Source of the DNA: Selaginella moellendorffii
Lineage: Eukaryota > Plantae > Lycopodiophyta
DNA: 7,974 nt
Reading direction: 5' to 3'
NCBI RefSeq assembly: GCF_000143415.4
Contig: NW_003314644.1
Coordinates: 1-7,974, forward strand
Shown here: one piece after another, positions 1 to 6,583 of the stretch
Layout: every line of letters begins with the position of its first letter
Numbering within the stretch: position 1 is the stretch's first letter
Made by a program: the position numbers and the translations under genes
Notes under the pieces: model-generated
Databases searched by the model: none
Seen by the model: only the letters and a program-made list of their open reading frames with translations
What the model was told of the DNA's origin: nothing

Positions 1-42
1 TAATTGGTTTCCTCCCTGCCAAATGCCACAGACTTGACTCCT

Positions 43-450
43 GCCATAGGCCCAACGATTGGGATAAACTTCTGCTTGTATGACACTCTCTACAACTACT
101 GGAACGCTCAAAGTTGGATTATTTTTAGTTTCAGAGTGAGAAATTTTTGGAAAAGCTTTACAGGCACAGAGCACCATCGCATTGGTAAACACAGTTTTGA
201 CATGCTTAGGCCTCCTGGCATTGCATGGTTACTTTCAGGCCCGAGTAGGATGGTGACGAGCTTGATCTCCGGTGGAGTAGCAGGAATCGCTGCCTCAACA
301 GGTAAGAGTCTTAAGAGCGATTACGCTTGATCGCCATAGTTCCTGTTTTCAGCGGTGTTTCCGATCGACTTAACTCGGAGGGCGACCGGAGATGGACACC
401 GGCTTACAAGCCTGGGATTGCGATTCTTTCCAACCGTCAGATATTCTTGA
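43..450 (+). pseudogene. Mitochondrial substrate carrier (SLC25/MCF) family, 3' exons, degenerate; the 5' part is not recognisable in the window
   Basis: Splicing ~43-112, 239-301 and 353-450 uses GT-AG introns 113-238 and 302-352, both phase-1 compatible. This gives AIGPTIGINFCLYDTLYNYWNAQS-PSRMVTSLISGGVAGIAAST-AVFPIDLTRR, which matches plant carrier repeat 2/3 (GVGPSIAISFSVYE..SLxxGxxxGIAxSTATFPLDLVRRR) including the Px[DE]xx[RK] signature. Similarity breaks down after ~381, with remnants in other frames and a stop at 448-450. Confidence 0.75.
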
Positions 451-522
451 ATCGACGGCCTTGATTGAATTTCCATGTTGCTAGCAAATTTTTAGGGTTC
501 TTGCGATGGATGAGACTTGGCG

Positions 523-2743
523 ATGGCAGCGATTCGATGCGCCGCACCGGCATTCGCTCCTTCGGCAGCGCCGCCGCGGGCGCCCGATCAGCAGGTGTCG
601 GCGTTGAAGGTCACAAGGGATTTGCGCAAGGGCAATTTGCGCCTGGGCGATCCACGGCCAGGCGGCGGAGAACAAGCAGCGAAATGCGGCAGCATGGAGG
701 ACTGTTCGACAGCATTCTTCACCCAAACGTGATGTCCTTGATGCTGGGCTACGTCTCCAATGGCGAGAGCGATGTGGCTCTGGATCTCTTCGAGAGGATG
801 CAAGCCAAACTCCAGGACGCGGCAAAGGCTTGTAGCAGCCTCGCGGCGAAGGAAGACGCTGTTTTGGTCGATGGGAAGCTCGTCAAGGAGGCTAGTCTCG
901 AGACCGGCAGAGGCATCCATTCTCAAGCCAAGCAGATGGGACCGTCTTGCAGCGAAGACGTTTTCCTCTCGAGCTAAGTGCGGCATCATGCCCGATGCTC
1001 GATCGGTCTTCGATGAGAGCCACAGCGAGACGTGGTCTCCTGGAACGCGTTGATACTGGGCTACGTAGAGAATGGAGAAAGCAAGGTCGCTCTCGAGTTC
1101 TTTGGGAAGATGGGCTGCTCGCCAAACTCTCGGACTTTCGTTGCTGCTGCCAAGGGCTGTGCGAATCTAGCAGTGAAAGAGGAGGCCACCAAAAGATGGT
1201 GAAGACGAAGAGCCTGGAGAAGGAGCTCGCTGTTCACGATGGAGCTGTGAAAAGCCACTGCTGTGGAGATATCTTCCTGGGGAGCAGCCAAGTGACAGGT
1301 ACTCAAAGTGTGGGAGCATGGTCGACGCGCGGATGGTTTTCGAGAGCATGCCTCGTCGTGATGTCGTGCTCTGGACGAGCTTGATACAAGGCTTTGTGGA
1401 CAACGGGGAAAGCGAGCTGGCTCTCGTGTTCTTCGAAGATATGAAGCTATCTGGGTGCTGTCCAAGCTCTCGGACGTGTGTTGCTGCGCTTGCCGCCTGT
1501 GCGAGCTCGGCAATGCGAGAAGAAGCGGTGGATGTCGACGGTGAAGCTTCAAACAGCAGGTGCTGTGAGGACGTGTTCGTGGGGAACACTCTGATCGATA
1601 TGTACGCGAAGTGTGAGAAGCTAGAGGAAGCTCGCAAGGTCTTCGATGGCATGGCTGGCCGATGTAAGTGGAGACAGCAAGCTGGCCTTGGAGGTGTTCT
1701 TTGGCATGGCTCGGGAGAACGATCCGGACGAGAGAACGTTTGTTGCTGCGCTCATGGCCTGCGTCCACCTTTCAGCGTCCGAGCCACCTGTTCCGCGAGA
1801 AGATGGAAAGCTAGTGCGAATCCAGAGCCTAGAAAAGGGGATGGAGATTCATTCTCTCGCCGCGAAGTTTGGACGCTGCGAGCACAGATTTGTCGGGAGC
1901 AGCTTGGTGGACATGTATGCCAAGTGTGGAGATATGGTGAAAGCTCGAGCAGTTTTCAAACGCATGCCTAGCCGGGACGTTGTCGTTTGGACGAGCTCGA
2001 TACAGGGATATATAGACAACGGTGAGAGTGAGCTCGGGCTGGAACTCTTGGAGTGGAAGGAAAATCCAGGCTGAGCTTTACAGGCGTGGGCTGGAAGACG
2101 ATCAAGTTGTGGGGAGTAAACTTCTACAGGAAGTGCGGAGTTATGAGTGCGAGCACTTGTTTGGATCTCTCGCAGTCCGAGATATCGTCGCCTGGAATGC
2201 ACTGATCACAGGATTCGGCCAACAGGGTGACACGTCGCGCATGTTCGAAGCCTGTCGTGAGATGCGAGAAGATGGCGTGCGAGCAAACGCAATCACGTTT
2301 GTCTCGGTCATCACTGCTTGCAGCCACGGCGGCCTAGTTGAACGAGGCAGGGAGTTTTTCCAGGCAATGGACCCGGACTCTGGCATTGTTTGCGGGATTC
2401 ATCACTACAGCAGCTTGGTGGATCTCGTAACCGAAAGTCCTCGAGAGCATGCCTTTGAGAGCGGATGCTGTGGTTTGGAGGAGCGTCCTCGGGGCCTGCT
2501 GTAAGTGGAAGTGCGTTCGAGGCACTGACGAAGATCGACGAGAATGACTCGGCTGCGTACGTTCTGCTGGCGAGCATCTACCGGAGCGCGGGGCTGTGGG
2601 AGGATCATGATAAGCTCAAGACTATACAGGAGGCGGCCTTGAAAGCGGATAAGAAGAGTTCACTTCATCAAGCAGTCGTGATGGATTACAAACTGGAAGG
2701 TAGAAAGGACGGCAGCAACATGGTGGACGAGCTAGAGATTTGA
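523..2743 (+). pseudogene. PLS-class pentatricopeptide repeat protein with E1/E2 extension and no DYW domain; multiply frameshifted
   Basis: ATG at 523 is followed by an Ala/Pro/Ser/Arg-rich transit-peptide-like leader. P-L-S motifs are spread over all three frames: RDVVSWNALILGYVENG, FVGNTLIDMYAKCEKLEEARKVFDGM, RDIVAWNALITGFGQQG, NAITFVSVITACSHGGLVERGREFF, HHYSSLVDL. E1 reads ESMPLRADAVVWRSVLGAC (~2434-2508) and E2 reads DSAAYVLLASIYRSAGLWED. About 15 frame switches are needed to follow the motifs. Confidence 0.92.
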
Positions 2744-3550
2744 TTGCCAGCATCCACAGAGCTGGGAATGAGCTCTGCAGTTTGCCGCAAAGTAGGTCCA
2801 GAAGAATGCGTTGAAGAAGGCTGCCACGAAGATGGCAACGCTCACAAGTGTTATCACCTCTCTTTGGTCCTGTTCGCTACCACGTTGTCCCTCTGTTCTA
2901 AGCTTATGTGGCGGCATAGCAGTGCTCGAACAGGTGTTGGTTAGTGGCAAGCCACAGAGCTGATTCCCAGCGAAGAGAGCCGCGTTCATGGACGAGAGTT
3001 GCGGGCTGTCAGGTATCCGTCCCACCAGGCTGTTGTTGGAGACGTCGAAGATGGTGAGAAACGAGAGGTCCGCCACGGACGATGGTATGGAGCCATTGAG
3101 ACGATTGCTCGCGAGCGCCACCCAGGAGAGATTCCTTGCCTTCCCCAGGGACTCGGGAATGGGACCTGTTAGCTGGTTGTGGCTCAGGTGCAGCACCTGG
3201 AGCTTGTAGAGGTCGCCAATGGTTGAAGGAGAAGTCTATGGAGGTCGGGAAGGCGAAGCCGTTGTAGAGGAGTCCTCGCGTGGTTTGAATCATCACAGAC
3301 CGTTTGTTCTGGTTGTAAAGCTGGACGTTGGCAAACAGTCGGCCAATGCTTTCCGGCATCTCCCCAGAGAACCTGTTAACCGAGAAGTCCATGGCTCGTA
3401 AGTTCGTGAGCCTGGGAAGCCAGTCCGGTATGGAGCCGCTGAAGCTGTTGTGTTCGAGGAAGAGGAACTGCAGAGCCGACATGTTTTGCAACATGGCCGG
3501 GATTGAACCGACAAGATCGTTGCTGTAAAGCGACAGAAGGAACAGGCGGC

Positions 3551-5095
3551 TCAAATTCCCGAAGCTGTCAGGGAGATTTCCAGAGAACTTGTTCTGGTCC
3601 AGCCAACGAGCTCAGTGCAGTTGGAGAGTCCGGAAGGGAGCTCCCCACCGATGTCGTTACTGCTGAGAACTAGCTGCTGGAGATGTGAGAGCTTCGAGAG
3701 CTCGCCTGGGATTGTTCCAGTCAAATCATTGCCGTTGAGCCATATCTCCTTAATGTTTGACCAGTTTCCAAGCTCCGGAGGTATGGCGCCACTAAAACGA
3801 TTCCCCGTGAGAACCAGCTTCTGGAGATGCGAGAGCTTCGAGAGCTCGCCTGGGATTGTTCCAGTCAAGTTATTGCTGTTGAGCCATATCTCCCTGATGT
3901 TCGACCAGTTTCCAAGCTCCGGAGGTATGGCGCCACTAAAACGATTCCCCGTGAGAACCACCCTTTGGAGATGCGAGAGCTTCGAGAGCTCGCCTGGGAT
4001 GGCGCCACTAAAACGATTCCCCGTGAGAACCAGCTGCTGGAGATGTGAGAGCTTCGAGAGCTCGCCTGGGATTGTTCCAGTCAAGTTATTGCTGTCAAGC
4101 CATATCTCTCTGATGTTCGACCAGTTTCCAAGCTCCAGTGGTATGGCGCCACTAAAATGATTCCCCGTGAGAACCAAGATCTTCAAGTTCCTCAAGCTTC
4201 CCAGCGTAGCCGGGATCGTTCCGCTAAACCCGTTTAGCCCGAGGTTCAAAACCTCGATGCTTGCAAAGTTGCCATCTTCCAGCTCCAGTGGCCCGGAGAG
4301 AGAGTTGTATGCAGCGCGTAAAACAGAGAGCTTGCGTAGCCTTCTCAAGCTCGGTGGCAAACCACCATGGAGCGAATTGTTGGAGATACGCATGTACCTG
4401 AGCTCCAAGTTCTTGCTCCAAATATCGGGTAGATCTCCGCTAAACCTGTTATACGATATGTCCAGGCGCGTCAAGTTCGTCATCTCCCCGAAAGTTTCTG
4501 GAATGGAGCCGCTGAGTCCGTTGTGCGAGAGTTCCAGTGCCTCCAGTCCCAGGTTACCACCAATGGAAAAGCTCCCAGTTAAGTTGTTGATGGACAGGTT
4601 GAGCGATCGCAGCATCAAGCTAAAGTTTGGGAGTCTGGCCACTGTTAAGAAGTTCCCACTGAGGTCCAGGCTTTCCAAACTCTTGAGGCTGGAGAGATTT
4701 CCGGGGAACTCTTGCAGGGAATTGGAGCTCAAGTTGAGGAGGTTGAGCTGCGTATTTTTGCAAGGGACTTCCAGCGAGGAGAGGCCGTTTTGCGAGAGGT
4801 CCAGGCGAGCCAGCGATGGAAGCTCGGCCCAGGTGGCAGGAAAAACTCCCGAGAGATTAAACCTGGACAGAGCGAGGCCCTCCACTTGGTTGTCCGAGCT
4901 CCACTCCACTCCCCGCCATGCTCTTGGATCGGCAGTCTCGTTCCACACTTTGATGCCAAGCCTGTCACGGAGAGAGAGAAGAACCTGTGTGTCGTTCACG
5001 ATTGCGGATGGATTTGTGGGGCACTGTGACCGGGATCTTGTGAGAAAGACGAGTAGAAACAAAGGCAGCAGCAAATCCGCGAGAGACATGGCCAT
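3551..5095 (-). CDS. Uninterrupted 514-aa ORF: signal peptide plus N-terminal eLRR block of the RLP (possible truncated secreted product)
   Basis: The ORF is open from the ATG, with a hydrophobic leader LLLPLFLLVFL and about 17 LRRs. It ends shortly after the frameshift at ~3603. Expression is unknown. Confidence 0.5.
   Translation of the reverse strand: MAMSLADLLLPLFLLVFLTRSRSQCPTNPSAIVNDTQVLLSLRDRLGIKVWNETADPRAWRGVEWSSDNQVEGLALSRFNLSGVFPATWAELPSLARLDLSQNGLSSLEVPCKNTQLNLLNLSSNSLQEFPGNLSSLKSLESLDLSGNFLTVARLPNFSLMLRSLNLSINNLTGSFSIGGNLGLEALELSHNGLSGSIPETFGEMTNLTRLDISYNRFSGDLPDIWSKNLELRYMRISNNSLHGGLPPSLRRLRKLSVLRAAYNSLSGPLELEDGNFASIEVLNLGLNGFSGTIPATLGSLRNLKILVLTGNHFSGAIPLELGNWSNIREIWLDSNNLTGTIPGELSKLSHLQQLVLTGNRFSGAIPGELSKLSHLQRVVLTGNRFSGAIPPELGNWSNIREIWLNSNNLTGTIPGELSKLSHLQKLVLTGNRFSGAIPPELGNWSNIKEIWLNGNDLTGTIPGELSKLSHLQQLVLSSNDIGGELPSGLSNCTELVGWTRTSSLEISLTASGI
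3664..4186 (-). repeat. Near-identical tandem array of 72-bp LRR units (144-bp A-B period, with one chimeric unit)
   Basis: Units are A 4115-4186, B 4043-4114, A/B chimera 3971-4042, A 3899-3970, B 3827-3898, A 3755-3826, B 3683-3754. GAGAGCTTCGAGAGCTCGCCTGGGAT occurs 4 times and ATGGCGCCACTAAAA occurs 4 times. Confidence 0.95.
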
Positions 5096-5171
5096 GGATC
5101 AGAACATCAAAGAGTGGGAGCTATCATGAAAGATGAGGTTCTTCTTTTCGCAGAGTTTACACGCACAAATG

Positions 5172-5335
5172 TTAATCAATTCTTGGCACACTTGACTTCG
5201 AGCCGATTGAACCTTGATGAAAGCCTTGGTAGTCAATAAAGTGGGGGATTTGGGATTTGCCATTGGTATACTGGGCTATCAACTATATTACATAACATAT
5301 TGCACAATTTTTTCTTGTGGTGATTTTTTGGCCAC
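5172..5335 (+). pseudogene. nad5: NUMT: fragment of mitochondrial nad5
   Basis: One frame reads LINSWHT*LRAD*TLMKALVVNKVGDLGFAIGILG...CTIFSC, against the plant NAD5 pattern LI(N/H)[30 protein letters not shown].G...STIFAC. In-frame TGA codons lie at 5193 and 5208. The T-x-L-x-AD segment favours nad5 over plastid ndhF. Confidence 0.8.
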
Positions 5336-5349
5336 GGTGGATACAATGT

Positions 5350-5392
5350 GGACTTCGGCAGGTCAAGACTTAGACTTGACTTCTGCCAGTCC
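5350..5392. repeat. Imperfect inverted repeat (hairpin)
   Basis: GGACT-tc-GGCAG-GTCAAG [ACTTAGA loop] CTTGAC-tt-CTGCC-AGTCC gives 16 paired bases with two 2-nt bulges. Confidence 0.7.
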
Positions 5393-5395
5393 GTA

Positions 5396-5760
5396 CACTA
5401 CTACATAAAAGCATTATAATGATATGTTTTTCCAACGAAATTTTTGTGTTTGTTCGAAATCTAAGTTGTAATTTTCAACTCAACTTAAATGTAGCAAATT
5501 GGCTTTAGTTACAAATTTTAAGATAGCTTTATAGTTACTCAAATTTAAGTTGGAAATTATAGTTGTCCTTTACAACTAAAATATAAATCATAATTTGTTC
5601 TTTAAAGCTAGATAAGTTCATATATGCTGCTAATTAGAGTTGCAATTTACAACTTTTAAACTGTGACTAAAATGTAAGTTCTTAAGGTTTGTAGTTCCAA
5701 AATTTTTAGTCATAAATTTCAACAATATTTACATCAACTAACTTACTAATAGTAGTATAA
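5396..5760 (+). mobile_element. Probable CACTA (En/Spm) element terminus with AT-rich subterminal repeats
   Basis: CACTACTACATAAAA starts at 5396, where the sequence turns strongly AT-rich. Short AGTTG/CAACT-core repeats follow in both orientations, e.g. AGTTGTAA 5464, TAGTTGT..ACAACTA 5560-5578, AGTTGCAATTTACAACT 5638-5654. A Tnp2 remnant lies 1.2 kb downstream on the same strand. The right boundary is approximate. Confidence 0.55.
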
Positions 5761-5986
5761 TGTACCCACTTTTAACACATAATTTCCTAATTTGTTTTTT
5801 TCCTCAGATCTGTATTAAGTTTTTTGTTTAGGATTTAGGAATGAGAGTTGCATGTTGGTGTTTAAGGTGTAGAAGTAATTATATTTACCTTATACAAATT
5901 ATTATAAATCATATTCGTCTTTATGGTAAACAGCTGAGTTGTCCTTGTTTGCTCACTCGCTCTCTAGCACTATCAGCCTTTTACCT

Positions 5987-6562
5987 TTAGGATGGAGAAT
6001 GCTTGTCTATAAGCTCCTGGGAGAAGGTCCATAGCTTGTGAGTGAGCTCGGGATCTCTGCCATAAGCGCTACAGTTGGATTTGTTGGAATCCACGAAGTA
6101 TTGCCCGGTGACATCCTTGAGGCTTGGATGTAAAGCTGCGTAGCACGTCGTAGCGGCGCCCTGAGAGATCGATCACGTATTAGTCATAAAAAACTTCCAG
6201 ATAATTGAGAGAATTTTTCTTACCTATGGGACATTTTTCCAAAGGAAGCTGGAGAGGAACTTGAGAACCCCTGCATGAAGATCAAAGTTCCATAAGTAAC
6301 CGAAAACAAATGAGGCAAAGAGACAAACTCATTATGTAGGATGTGTACCGCATCAAAGGTGTCATTATAAACTCTGGATGAACAGCGTTGGCTGTGATGT
6401 CAACTCCTTCAGCCTAATCAGCAAAAGAGAAAGCATTGACGAAAGAGAAAGGTGGGAGAGATTTCAAAGCATTAGATGAATACCTTGAATCTCATTGCCA
6501 GTTCTTTGGCGTGGAAGATGTTCGCAAGCTTGGATTGACTGTATGCTCTAGTGTCGGAGTAC
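5987..6562 (-). pseudogene. Short-chain dehydrogenase/reductase, TIC32-like; last four exons only, with a premature stop
   Basis: Exons are 6484-6562 (YSDTRAYSQSKLANIFHAKELAMRFK, with catalytic YxxxK), 6329-6413 (AEGVDITANAVHPEFIMTPLMRYTSYIM), 6224-6270 (RVLKFLSSFLWKNVP*) and 5987-6160 (GAATTCYAALHPSLKDVTGQYFVDSN...LWTFSQELIDKHSPS*). The GT-AG introns are 70, 58 and 63 nt, all phase-compatible. TAG at 6224-6226 replaces the conserved Q of QGAATT, and HPG reads HPE. The ORF track misses this gene. Confidence 0.92.
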
Positions 6563-6583
6563 CTTTTGGAAGAAAAAAGGAAG

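Larger units (their letters stand above)
2732..5095 (-). pseudogene. LRR receptor-like protein (signal peptide, eLRRs, island domain + 4 LRRs, TM, short tail, no kinase) with two frameshifts
   Basis: Three ORF pieces (3551-5095, 3009-3554, 2732-3196) join through frameshifts at ~3603 (ELV/LDQNKFSGNLP) and ~3221 (SIDFSFN/IGDLYKLQVLHLS). The plant LRR consensus LxxLxLxxNxLxGxIP, the island ...TTRGLLYNGFAFPTSIDFS, the C-cap FAGNQLCGLPLTNTC and the TM VITLVSVAIFVAAFFNAFFWTYF are all visible. Confidence 0.92.

Noticed and set aside
4-330. 108-aa ORF as a single-exon gene
   Set aside because: It reads through a stop-free 126-nt intron (113-238) and into the next intron. Only the exon parts resemble a carrier.
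481-2608. Many minus-strand ORFs over the PPR (e.g. 1061-1768, 1167-1652)
   Set aside because: They are shadow ORFs in GC-rich coding DNA with no recognisable motifs.
523-2743. Programmed frameshifting, editing or splicing rescuing the PPR
   Set aside because: Conserved residues are physically missing at many junctions, and there are no consistent slippery sites or GT-AG pairs that would restore the motifs.
3664-4186. CRISPR-like appearance of the repeats
   Set aside because: The units are contiguous in-frame 72-bp LRR codons without unique spacers, in a eukaryotic context with no cas genes.
3615-5129. Long + strand ORFs 3615-4160 (181 aa) and 4167-5129 (320 aa)
   Set aside because: They are antisense shadows of the LRR coding frame. 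Their periodicity mirrors the LRR array and they show no independent protein features.
523-5335. Functional link between the editing-type PPR and the neighbouring nad5 fragment
   Set aside because: PPR editing factors act on organellar RNA after import, so nuclear proximity has no mechanistic meaning. Both sequences are also broken.
5750-5757. TAGTAGTA as the right TIR closing a ~360-bp element (also TAGTG near 6549 and 7206)
   Set aside because: The match is only 7 bp, lacks the terminal G and has no matching 3-bp target duplication. The other TAGTG hits lie within coding remnants. A degenerate MITE end at 5757 cannot be fully excluded.
6224-6226. SDR TAG as a U-to-C editing or readthrough site
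   Set aside because: This is a spliceosomal-intron nuclear gene. CAG>TAG decay, together with the HPG>HPE change and the missing 5' exons, is the simpler explanation.
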